Part shown: positions 38,001 through 45,635 of the stretch, in pieces | Layout of the letters: every line of letters begins with the position of its first letter | Position numbering within the stretch: position 1 is the first letter of the stretch | Origin: a virus | DNA: 64,000 bases | Reading direction: 5' to 3' (one strand) | Virus record (IMG/VR): IMGVR_UViG_3300043434_000210 | Coordinates: 3,059 to 67,058 of that record | Translations under genes and position numbers: made by a program | Notes under the pieces: model-generated | Database searches by the model: none | Seen by the model: only the letters and a program-made list of their open reading frames with translations | What the model was told of the DNA's origin: nothing

Positions 38001-40680
38001 CACCACCAAAGAACTCACCCTTACGTAGCGAATCAATACCATCCATAGCGTCGGCAAGAGCGCCTTCAGCGCGTTTAGCAGGGACTACAAGGCGGCCACC
38101 TTCAGGAACAAATACTGCTTCTTCTTTGGCTTTAGCTCGGGCAAGTGCGCCTTCTGCTTTAGCTATTCGCTGGCGAATCTCAGGCGTATCGTTTTCAGCC
38201 TGCAAGTTTTTGAGCGTCTCAATACTAGATTCGATGCGTTGCGATACTTTTGGTTTAGCTTGAACTTCTTTTGCACCTAGCTGCGCATCTTTTAGGTCTT
38301 GCTCTAAACGAGTTTTACGGCGCTCTAAACGTGCGCGTGTTTTTTTATCAAGCTCTTTAGCAGGTTGAATGCCTTTAACTTTAGGTTGTGGGGCAAGCTG
38401 CTTTTTGATGTTTTCTAGGTCTTTACGGATACGCGCTATTTGAGCAGGGGTATAGTCAGAGATACCTTCTGCTTTGCCTTTAAATTTAGCAAGTACAGGA
38501 ATAACGGTTTCTTCGCCACGAGTTTTGCGTAGCAGCTCAACTTTAGATGGCGGTGCTTTCTCACGAGTAGCGGCAGGAAGTTCTTGTAGTTTAGCTAACA
38601 CACCCTGTAAATATGGTGTGCGTGGATCTGCAGGAATATCTAAGTTATATCTTTTTGCTAACTGTTCGTTGGCATCAATCTGATCAAGTAAATCTAAAAC
38701 TTGTTGCTGTAACTTGTCTGTGTCTTTAGAGCGCACATCAAAGCTACGTGGTTTAGATTTTTTAAACGGTTTGCCAGGAGTTTGCGCTTCGTCCAAGCCA
38801 AGTGCTTCTAGACCTTCGTGCGTTAATTTTTTAGCATTAATTTCTTTATCTAAGAATGTGCCCTTGGCGGTATCCAATAACTTGCTAAAGTAGTTAGCGG
38901 AAGCAATTGTCCCTGCTAAACGAGAATCGACATCTTTACGCGCCATCAAGTCGCGTTCTTCATCGGTAAACGTAGGTGCGCCGGCTTCTTCCTCTTCCAA
39001 TACACCAACACGTTGTGCTTGTTTAGCCGCAAGCGCTTTACTTTCAGCTTGGCGAACTTTATCTAGTTCAACTTTCTCTTGTACTTCAGCAACTTTAGCC
39101 TGCGCATCACGCACGGCTTGTGTGAGTTCGGCACGCTTTGCTGCATCTAGGGCAATAGTTTCATCTTCACTAGCAGTAGCCAATGCTTTCTTGGCAGCAT
39201 TTAATTCTTTATTGGCTGCACGTAGTTGTGCATTTACATCTAAAACACTGATGCCTGCATCTTGTGCGGCTTTAGATAAAACGTCTAACTCGACGCGACG
39301 CTTGTCCAACATAGCGCCAATCTCATCTACCTTAGCTGCATCACCCGCCTTCATGGCGTTTTGCAAGTCTGTCTGCAAACTATCTACTTCATTAGATAGC
39401 GCTTGGTGACGCTTTACGGTAATGTCTTCTTCTTCACGGGCTTTAAGCGCAGCTTCCTGACGTACCTTCTCTGCTTCCTGAGCTTGCTCAGTTGCAACGC
39501 GACGTTCTTCCAATATGTCGTCAACAGTCTTTTTAGCTGTTTCGGCAGGCGTTTCTTTTAGCTCAGCTAATACAGGGCGTAGTTCTGCCTTGAGTTCTTT
39601 GGCACGACGCGACGCTTCTGCACGGTCTTCTTTCTCAAGGTTCTTGTCTTTGGCTATAGCTTCAAGGGAACTAATCTGTGCCTGCAAGTCATTGCGCTTT
39701 GTTTCTAACTCTAGGCGATATTCAGGCGATGCTTTACGCGCATCTTCTTCAATTTGGCGTTGAACGTTGGCTTCGTCTTGTTCTTCTTTTGCTATCCTGC
39801 GTCCTTCAGCTTTAGCTTTACTACGCTCATAGGCTGTACCAGGTACGCTCAATGTGCCACCAAGGACGGCACCACCAATAAAACTATCAAAATATTCTTC
39901 ACGTGCAGCAGGATCAGAAATATCTAAACCAGCTTGCAAGCGCTCCAAGAACTGCTGCGCAACTTCGGTAGTACCTTCAATACCTGCGGTCTTTAAACCC
40001 TGTAGTGAGTATGCGCCGGCAGTCTTTAAGATACCCTGCTTGGCAATAGCTTCAGCAGTTTCTTTAGTAATCTCTTTACCAGCCGCCCCGAAGATACGCC
40101 CAATACCTGGAATCATGCGCAAAGACAATGTATCCAAGGCAGCTTGTGGAATAGCCGCCGCACCAGCAGCAACTAAGTCTGTATCTCTAAGGGCTTTGCC
40201 GGTCTCCATTTGGCGACCGATGTTTGTACCAGTGTACTGCAGAGCACCAGCACCAAGCGCAGCACCTGTAGCAATAAGTGGAGCAGAAGGCGCAGCAAGC
40301 GTTGCGGCACCCGCGGCAACGGCAGGAGCCGCTACATAAGGTAATGAACCACCAAGGGTTTCTTTGAATTTCTCAAGAGGTGCCTCAAGCCAACCTTCTT
40401 GCGTTGGCTGAAATATTTCTTGTGCTCGTTTGGATTGTTCTTTTTTGTAGGCTTCGGCGCGTGCCAAATCCATTAAACCAGCGCGTCCTAGTAACGCTGC
40501 TGTATCGCCTTTTAGCTCTTGAACACCTGCTTTAAATGCGCCTGTAAAACCGGTATCAGCTTTTTCAGGTTTTCTGAAAGCATCTGGAAACTTTTCTCTT
40601 GCTCTTGCTAACGCATCTTGGGCGGACACGCCCTCATCTACTTCGACGTATGAGCCGTTAGGCAAGCGCAAATATGGCAT
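32053..40680 (-). CDS. Giant internal virion / large polyvalent protein (2875 aa)
   Basis: Gly/Ala-rich N-terminus, long charged coiled coils, AHEITGH zincin-like motif, C-terminal PFLNAQIQG...VPIPFELG region resembling LPD38. Last gene of the ejection cluster. Confidence 0.8.
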   Translation of the reverse strand: MPYLRLPNGSYVEVDEGVSAQDALARAREKFPDAFRKPEKADTGFTGAFKAGVQELKGDTAALLGRAGLMDLARAEAYKKEQSKRAQEIFQPTQEGWLEAPLEKFKETLGGSLPYVAAPAVAAGAATLAAPSAPLIATGAALGAGALQYTGTNIGRQMETGKALRDTDLVAAGAAAIPQAALDTLSLRMIPGIGRIFGAAGKEITKETAEAIAKQGILKTAGAYSLQGLKTAGIEGTTEVAQQFLERLQAGLDISDPAAREEYFDSFIGGAVLGGTLSVPGTAYERSKAKAEGRRIAKEEQDEANVQRQIEEDARKASPEYRLELETKRNDLQAQISSLEAIAKDKNLEKEDRAEASRRAKELKAELRPVLAELKETPAETAKKTVDDILEERRVATEQAQEAEKVRQEAALKAREEEDITVKRHQALSNEVDSLQTDLQNAMKAGDAAKVDEIGAMLDKRRVELDVLSKAAQDAGISVLDVNAQLRAANKELNAAKKALATASEDETIALDAAKRAELTQAVRDAQAKVAEVQEKVELDKVRQAESKALAAKQAQRVGVLEEEEAGAPTFTDEERDLMARKDVDSRLAGTIASANYFSKLLDTAKGTFLDKEINAKKLTHEGLEALGLDEAQTPGKPFKKSKPRSFDVRSKDTDKLQQQVLDLLDQIDANEQLAKRYNLDIPADPRTPYLQGVLAKLQELPAATREKAPPSKVELLRKTRGEETVIPVLAKFKGKAEGISDYTPAQIARIRKDLENIKKQLAPQPKVKGIQPAKELDKKTRARLERRKTRLEQDLKDAQLGAKEVQAKPKVSQRIESSIETLKNLQAENDTPEIRQRIAKAEGALARAKAKEEAVFVPEGGRLVVPAKRAEGALADAMDGIDSLRKGEFFGGAASKEGSLETRTRAQAIDEIMNDVETYIRATISEINVNREGRGKKPLNAVQKQDLSSLIYEILIGKAIRATGWRAEQQRFGTETEAATKKAADNFQEQYRQALERSELSGNDLFSNKGEGTAQLNILKKAVSVLEDKYNDFTDKLNEANVKNDPDTIEYYKPKVQRFEKAYKAAVKEYEKAREEFTKGEMRGKGEIRTGMREEERVDIRKDMDLLKYTFGFRSPELNKKPEIEEETAVAMPQQEMPDSITELQNQAKNIMLQAQGIAKGIREAINMLLPSEARKAKATLDKFNKDKTSVIDIAAELQQGNIIKDFDEAVVLDKQAANFQRNYAQDSISYAGVESAEKITADMHDAAATLREDAYKRVNKLLDSMKATATNAVVTATKEAKDAYRDAYKQLAALNEEYRTLTKEIDKAVEEFHTSRMAKEGVERAKEALTVDTRSGEAIRRSQQVAARQTGLGLTGISATREIKQVVISNIAVTNMFKKVGPLRKAYEAKNAGPKGVNLNENERQAEQATLDKAYEDKLADFRAYAAKEGISTAEGEFGSLFIDLAQQKANSTEASKLKGRIEKYRAEAENIAMRFSESTTTKKVAAPETRAEQVEKVKELQSEQTEETKRSIERKRNALTAKQRAKMVDEIQKELDTLLSKPMPDKKTAPKAHDNYVIKRDSLKAQLEVATNADFETLRKRANIREAADLRYKPPSKIKLEKELKKLKKQQAEKDTPSLRARIAKVEGSLKYIEDAKTKETGIGAQGYIEERAIAAEQATKAREAALQQPLPTAEEKRKITLAKKTEERIGFKKQAINEKVLSDSFEKALKGYNYEVEGIRRAGLTPSEYKALTTKAEKQKLNVWENESADADVPFDDFREVWQGMRDDFDPRIEPAHGGKGLTKASVQSHIKSVSLPKGLKVIVVSKLTPTLRGAGMKHGLTDADLNGLRGGVTPDGTVFIVAEAHADIKDLNATLAHEITGHLGVEQTLGQAGMDALARQVAKQEGGVFKLADKLGVGEDALAAYMAAKRAGKDEAFAQAKALREVIAHTEEARVDKNFLQKAGEFIKALVGAVRAALRKMGVNLDINTNDVYKILRKARKEFKEYAPGAYTGRDGEFQYRATAPVFGGGAPGIVSLADKLMPKQKGLKERVFGGNTGLAFETRYVNRAAPIEAVFRNKGLENSIQATQVQYSLSMHDQRMAWTAQGVSNGIPKLRKGKGGGYILESLEGANLVKLTEALAKANWGDAAGVRDAYSLYRIAKRAANPKVGLAKLNFEGKITQAELDAVMRDVNSNPNLKSAFAEADKIYNQYNKDLMNLLVEVGALKPEIAADLVADNDYIPYYRVEKDEVFLDVGGAPRINIGNLQYQPYLHELVGGNERIVDIYTGALQNTSLLMDMALRNMATRNVAYALRDMGMLEVANKDEPNGGIRKGPGPASERTIRFRRDGVDHYAVVNTDAAGVPSSMLVHGLSGVNTSLPNMVKAMGAPARLLRSWVTRNPAYAARQVVRDPMVAVMSGGVDTVPILSSLKEVYKAMRGQSEGERTLQSYGLIGGQVFTGTSEDMAKIMLQLTSGKKGWESYLAKADTLAMQGDAATRTVAFDSYIKQGLTEMEAIVAVHKMMPFSQRGTSPSLFMLSTMIPFLNAQIQGLNVLYKSFRGKMPFNEKLDIKGKLYRRGMMMASLSMMYAMMMEDDEAYKNANDDERYKNWFVYVPGVDEPVRVPIPFELGFIFKAVPEALVNTMYGDKRASEAARALTKLVAESVPIGPSTIPQAVKSPIEIMANYSFYTGRPIISDRMKDLDPAERFNDNTLELSKLVGSVTGSIPILGNYLSPVQLEYLIRGYVGGLPLAVASMTNPIMRSAEAGNKPEMRASDMPVIGSFFQPVDAGGVINRAYRDMEDIIKSKQTYDKLESENRVREANAYLDAKADLIGLASLAGTFRQKMGELTKQERAIKSDPDLSGPEKRKMLDEIRQEKIELAKELSSERE

Positions 40681-40720
40681 AGCATTTCCACTAAAAAATG
40701 TTCAGCTGGCGAGGCTGGGG

Positions 40721-42022
40721 TTAGACTTTTCCTAAAACGTCAGCGCCTGAACCGATTGTATCAGTTAATAGCTTGTTGTTGATAGTATTGTAATAAGTTT
40801 CAAAGTCAACGTAATCACGTTTTTCTTTAGGACTTAACTTACCCCAAGCCGTTAAAGCTTTATCGCGAGGTACAGTTTCAGTTGGTTTTTTGGCAAGACT
40901 CATCGCTTGGAAACGCTTCATTAGCTCTGGGTCACCCAACGCTTGTAGTAGCTCTACTTGAGCACTTGGTTTGTTCAACATACCCATACGGTATTTGTTA
41001 GCGTTGGCTTCTGACATGTACTTGTAGCCCAACTCATCTTGACCTTGGTTAAACGCTTCTTCTGCTCTCTTAAGATTGAGGTCGTAGTCTCTAGCGTCTT
41101 TCTTAAGACCTGCAATTTCTTTACGTGTAAGACCAGCTTGTTCAGCAAGAGCCGCAACGCCTGCACCAAGACCTTTAGCACCTGGGGCAGATAATAGTCC
41201 AGCGCCTAAACGCATCAAACCTTCACCAAAGCCTTTGTCTTTTAAGCCTTCAAAGTCTACTTTTTCAGCAGACATTTCACCAAACGGGCTAGCACGACGC
41301 TCAAATTTGGTAGGCGCGCTGATGTCAATAGCAGACTTTGGTGGTTTAGCCGCTGGAGCTGCAGGAGTAATAGGAGGTTCTGATACACCAGGACCTCTTT
41401 CGTTTTGCTGTCTAACCAACTCTTCTATACTACGTGCGTTTGCTTTACCCTCTGGATCTTCATCCGTACGAAGTATAGGTTCTCCAAATTCAGGCTTTTC
41501 TTTAGCGTTCAAAAGTTGCTGTGCTTCAATATCAGCTTTTTTCTTAGCTGCAGCGCTGCCTGATATACCACCAGCGCCTTCAAAATTCTTTTTAAACCAT
41601 GCTTTAGACATAAAGACATTAGGGTCTTCTTCTCTAGCGCGTTGCTCTGCCCAAGGATCTCCGCCTTTATAAAACCCAGGAACTTCACCACCGTCTTCAA
41701 ACGCAACAATACCACCAGACGCCATATCAACAGAATCCATGTTTGGCGCTGGCAACGCAGCTAGGCCTGCCTCTTGAGCATCCGCCATTAACAACTGATC
41801 TTTAACAGACGGTTGTTGTGCTTGTTGTTGGGCTTGTGCACCTTTTACAGCATCACGTAGTTGCCGACGGCCCATGGCTTCTGCCATAGCCGCAAACTGC
41901 GGTATAGAAACATCTTTACCAGAAAGAATATCCGCCAGCTGAGAGTCCGACATCTTGCGGACTCTAGTCATAACTTGAGCCATATCTGACATGGCGTTGC
42001 CTGAACGGGTAACTGGTAACAT
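40721..42022 (-). CDS. Putative internal virion (ejection) protein
   Basis: MASGGIVAFEDGG motif, Ala/Gln-rich; position in the cluster. Confidence 0.6.
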   Translation of the reverse strand: MLPVTRSGNAMSDMAQVMTRVRKMSDSQLADILSGKDVSIPQFAAMAEAMGRRQLRDAVKGAQAQQQAQQPSVKDQLLMADAQEAGLAALPAPNMDSVDMASGGIVAFEDGGEVPGFYKGGDPWAEQRAREEDPNVFMSKAWFKKNFEGAGGISGSAAAKKKADIEAQQLLNAKEKPEFGEPILRTDEDPEGKANARSIEELVRQQNERGPGVSEPPITPAAPAAKPPKSAIDISAPTKFERRASPFGEMSAEKVDFEGLKDKGFGEGLMRLGAGLLSAPGAKGLGAGVAALAEQAGLTRKEIAGLKKDARDYDLNLKRAEEAFNQGQDELGYKYMSEANANKYRMGMLNKPSAQVELLQALGDPELMKRFQAMSLAKKPTETVPRDKALTAWGKLSPKEKRDYVDFETYYNTINNKLLTDTIGSGADVLGKV

Positions 42023-42031
42023 ATTTATTCC

Positions 42032-42976
42032 TTAAGCAAATGCTTTATACGCGCCTAATGCGCCAAGACCTAAACCAAGCGCTTGTTGTGCACCTGAAGG
42101 CTGAGCCTGATACATCTGTGTGCTGGATGCTTGCATCGGTAAACCACGCAACAAGTTTGACATAACGCCCAACTGCATAATTGGATACTGTTGTTGAGTA
42201 GCGTAGTCTTGAATAGCTTGGTTGATGATGTTCTGCTGATATTGCTGTTGAGCAGAGCCAAGCTGTTGTTGCAAGCCAATACGAGATATGTCCGCTTGTT
42301 GTTGAGCGCCAGCTAATTGACCTAGCGCAGAGCCGGCTTGTGTAGCCTGACCTAAACCTTGAAGACCTAGATTCTGACCATACTGCATGTTCTGCATTGC
42401 TTTATCGTATGCAGATTGCGTACCTTTAGCTTGAATTTCACCAAGACGTGAACCTAGCGCACGCTGTGCTTCAGCCATCTGAATAGCAGACCGAGAACCG
42501 CCAAACGCACCAGTACGAGCAGCCTGCGCCTGAAGCTCAGGAACAGCCTTTTGATAATCACGAATGGCGGCAGCTTTTTCAACATCTGTTACGTTTTGTT
42601 GATACGGAGACATATACGCGCTAATCGCATTAGGGTTAGTCGCCATTTGTTGGTAGTTTTGACCTGCGCGCATGGCTGCAAGTCCTGCCATACCTGTCAT
42701 AGCTTGAGCTGGAGCATATCCACCTGGAGTCTGCATGCCAGCAGCTTCGTTATAAGCAGAAGTCTGTAAGCTAGATGGGCCAGCAAAGTATTTAGTTGGA
42801 TCTGTTGAATACGGTGTGTACTCACGGAAACCTGTTATGGTATTGCCGTCAGTCTGAAATAGCTGGCGTTGGCCAGCTTCGAGCATATTCTCTACGTAGG
42901 GACGCGCATACTCAGGTATGTTCGTGTTTACGTTAGTTGTTTGTGTGGGTTGTCCACCACCGCCACCGCCACCCAT
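42032..42976 (-). CDS. Putative DNA-ejection/pilot protein
   Basis: MGGGGGGG start, YMSPYQQNV, GAFGGSR, Gln/Ala/Gly-rich, hydrophobic C-terminus. Confidence 0.7.
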   Translation of the reverse strand: MGGGGGGGQPTQTTNVNTNIPEYARPYVENMLEAGQRQLFQTDGNTITGFREYTPYSTDPTKYFAGPSSLQTSAYNEAAGMQTPGGYAPAQAMTGMAGLAAMRAGQNYQQMATNPNAISAYMSPYQQNVTDVEKAAAIRDYQKAVPELQAQAARTGAFGGSRSAIQMAEAQRALGSRLGEIQAKGTQSAYDKAMQNMQYGQNLGLQGLGQATQAGSALGQLAGAQQQADISRIGLQQQLGSAQQQYQQNIINQAIQDYATQQQYPIMQLGVMSNLLRGLPMQASSTQMYQAQPSGAQQALGLGLGALGAYKAFA

Positions 42977-42984
42977 AGGGCCTC

Positions 42985-43401
42985 CTAAATCTTTGCTTCT
43001 ACTAAAATAGAGCGCTCATCAAAACCAAAGCGTTTCCATAAACGAGCTACAGACTCACGGGCCATGCCTTGAATCTTTGTAGCGCCACATTCTTTCAAAA
43101 TCGCGCACATCTGTGCGTATGTATCTTCGTTAGATATCAATTTTCCACCAATAGCTGTGATAAATGCAACACGGTCGTTGGGGTAATTAATAAAATTTAC
43201 TGCTGCTGCGCCATGAATAGTCTTCTCTTCATCAGCGGCTACAAGGAGCATCCACTGCCCTGTAGTTAAATACACTTTAATATGCTCGGTGTTGTATTCA
43301 GTGGCACCAGACTTTTCTTCAGCACTCTTGATAAACGCCTCAACATCAGACCAAACCTGATTGACAAACTGCGTGGCTACCGGCTGAATACTTAAATTCA
43401 T
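42985..43401 (-). CDS. GNAT-like protein of the virion assembly cluster
   Basis: AFITAIGG...ARLWKRFGF; position between nozzle and ejection genes. Confidence 0.5.
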   Translation of the reverse strand: MNLSIQPVATQFVNQVWSDVEAFIKSAEEKSGATEYNTEHIKVYLTTGQWMLLVAADEEKTIHGAAAVNFINYPNDRVAFITAIGGKLISNEDTYAQMCAILKECGATKIQGMARESVARLWKRFGFDERSILVEAKI

Positions 43402-44918
43402 GCGAGCATAAACTTATCTGTTTTTACGGCAGGCGCTTGTTGCTTTTTGCCAGTGCGCGCTACACGTACTTTATCCATCATCTTATACAACTTTTTGGCG
43501 CCAGCATCAGAAGAGCCGTTACCTAGGTGGCTAACAACATCAGCAGGAATAACAAACTCACCATCCGCTAAACGGGCAGGTTGTTTATTGTTGATAGTTG
43601 CTGCAATGCTATCTGACATACCATCGCCAGGACCTTTTAGGTAGCGCCCTTGAGCTGCATTGATAACACCTAACTCTTCTACACTGCGCTTGGGCAACTC
43701 TACGTTACCGCTCATCTGCGCCATAGCACGGGCGTTGTTTAATTCAGCCAAACCGGCTTCCATTGGGTCCATACCTGCAAGTTGCGCAGCAGAAGTTCTT
43801 GTAGCTTTTCTAGGCTTTTTAACCATCTTGCCTTCATTAAACTGCGGAATGTTTCCATCAAAAGTTTGATCTGCTCCGTAACCATCGCGCATACCTTGTA
43901 AAGCAGCTAATCCACCTGCTGGCATATTATTTAGTTGAGGGGCAACACTGCCGCCTGCAGCATATCCGCTGTAACCTAAACCGCGTGGTGTGTAATATGG
44001 ATTTGGACGTTGTGGGGTATACCCACGGAAGTTTTCAGCAAGAGTCAGCTCAGGATACTTGCGCTTGTAGTCTTCTTGGTTTGTGTCAATAGGCTTTGGT
44101 TCTAACGCACCCGCAACTACTGGGGCGGCTAAACTAACTGCAGAACCTGTGGGCATTGCGTTATAGATAGCTGTTGGACCGGCTTTTAAACCGGCGCTTA
44201 CTGTTTGCATGCCTGTTGCACCAGCGCTCGCATTTTGTGCGCCAGCTGTACGCACTATGTCTGCTGGATTGTACGCACCTGAAGCAAGTGTATCGTTATA
44301 CGCTTGAAGCTGCGATGCGTTGAGCTTAGGGAAGTTTTGGGCATTGATTAAGTTCTGAGCACCGGCTTGTGTGTTTGCCGTGTTTGCTGTTTTTAACACG
44401 TCGGCTGTGTTGTATGCACCTGAGCTAGATGCGCTCTGTAAACCTTGGAGTTGTTCAGGACTTAAATTAGCTAGTTGATCTGCGCTCAATGTAGTTGCCT
44501 GTGAGCCTAGTTGATTTACTGCACCTTGGCCACCAGCTTCAGCAATAGAAGATGCGCCGGCACCAGCAATCCCGCTAGCCAAACCAGCACCACCATAAGC
44601 ACCCAAACCAGCCATCAAACCTTTACCTACGTCACCTGTACGCGCTGTTTCAAAAGCACCATACCCTAGGCCAACCATCCAAGGAGCGGCAGCACCACCT
44701 GTAGCAGCAGTTAAACCAGCACCAATAATCATCGGCATCAAATTCTTTAAGAACCCAGCTTCTACAAGACCTGTATCCGGGTTGATTGTCAGCGAACCAC
44801 CATGGGCTTTAGCAATAGCTTGTAAACCCTCAACTTCTTTTGGGGTCATATGAACGAGCATACGGTCGTCACCACGACCTTTTTTCTGTATTTCGTTAGC
44901 TAAATTATGTAGGCTCAT
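43398..44918 (-). CDS. Putative internal virion protein
   Basis: GRGDDRMLVHM...INPDTGLVEA N-terminus; GPGDGMSDSI...ARLADGEFVIPADVV C-terminus. Confidence 0.7.
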   Translation of the reverse strand: MSLHNLANEIQKKGRGDDRMLVHMTPKEVEGLQAIAKAHGGSLTINPDTGLVEAGFLKNLMPMIIGAGLTAATGGAAAPWMVGLGYGAFETARTGDVGKGLMAGLGAYGGAGLASGIAGAGASSIAEAGGQGAVNQLGSQATTLSADQLANLSPEQLQGLQSASSSGAYNTADVLKTANTANTQAGAQNLINAQNFPKLNASQLQAYNDTLASGAYNPADIVRTAGAQNASAGATGMQTVSAGLKAGPTAIYNAMPTGSAVSLAAPVVAGALEPKPIDTNQEDYKRKYPELTLAENFRGYTPQRPNPYYTPRGLGYSGYAAGGSVAPQLNNMPAGGLAALQGMRDGYGADQTFDGNIPQFNEGKMVKKPRKATRTSAAQLAGMDPMEAGLAELNNARAMAQMSGNVELPKRSVEELGVINAAQGRYLKGPGDGMSDSIAATINNKQPARLADGEFVIPADVVSHLGNGSSDAGAKKLYKMMDKVRVARTGKKQQAPAVKTDKFMLA

Positions 44919-44952
44919 GCCTGCCTCGCTGGGTTAATTATGTTGAATATTA

Positions 44953-45633
44953 TCATGTCGTTGGGCTAGATACAAACGTTATTGCACCTATTGCTGAAGG
45001 TATTGCTGGATGCGCATAAGGTGATGTTTGCGCTGGGGCAAACTCCATGTAAACGCCGTCTACTGGACCAGTTGTGTTATACGCTTGGTCTGTTGCCCAC
45101 CAAAGACCTACTTTATCGCCCACTTCCATCTCAAATACCACTGTTGAATACATCAATATGTAAGACGGAACTCCCGCACTTTTACGCTGGGGTAAAGTAA
45201 TTTTACTTGCAGAGTTGGCAACTTGTGTTGTAACACCGTTTCTAGTTATTTGAAGCCACACAACCACGTCATGCGCAGCGTTTGCTGTATTGGCAAACTG
45301 TAAGCTGTAGTCAATCTTATAAATGGCATTTACCAAACTTGTTGCTGTATTGTCCACATTCAACGTAAATCCAGCCCCTTGGTCAAGGGTGTTCCATTTA
45401 ACAATAGTTGCAGTGTTGTTTCCGCCAGCATACTGGTCGGTTGAATCTGACGCAGCAATATGCGGAATGTTGACGTACTGTCCACCTAACGGACCTAGTA
45501 AGTTCTGAGTAATGTTATCTAATGTGTTGAAGTACAAGCGTTGAACGTTAGTCAGCTGCTCCACATAGCGCTGTTCATACTGCGTCGGCGCAACGGGTAG
45601 GTTGGGGGCTTTTGAACCGTTTAAGACCGTCAT
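44953..45633 (-). CDS. Tail-associated structural protein
   Basis: 226 aa, beta-rich C-terminal domain, follows the nozzle gene. Confidence 0.55.
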   Translation of the reverse strand: MTVLNGSKAPNLPVAPTQYEQRYVEQLTNVQRLYFNTLDNITQNLLGPLGGQYVNIPHIAASDSTDQYAGGNNTATIVKWNTLDQGAGFTLNVDNTATSLVNAIYKIDYSLQFANTANAAHDVVVWLQITRNGVTTQVANSASKITLPQRKSAGVPSYILMYSTVVFEMEVGDKVGLWWATDQAYNTTGPVDGVYMEFAPAQTSPYAHPAIPSAIGAITFVSSPTT

Positions 45634-45635
45634 GC

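Noticed and set aside
32053-40680. Virion RNA polymerase (N4- or crAss-like) that would read the hairpins as promoters
   Set aside because: I could not find T7-type or DxDxD catalytic motifs in a convincing context, and sigma70-like promoters are present. A structure search would be needed to exclude it fully.
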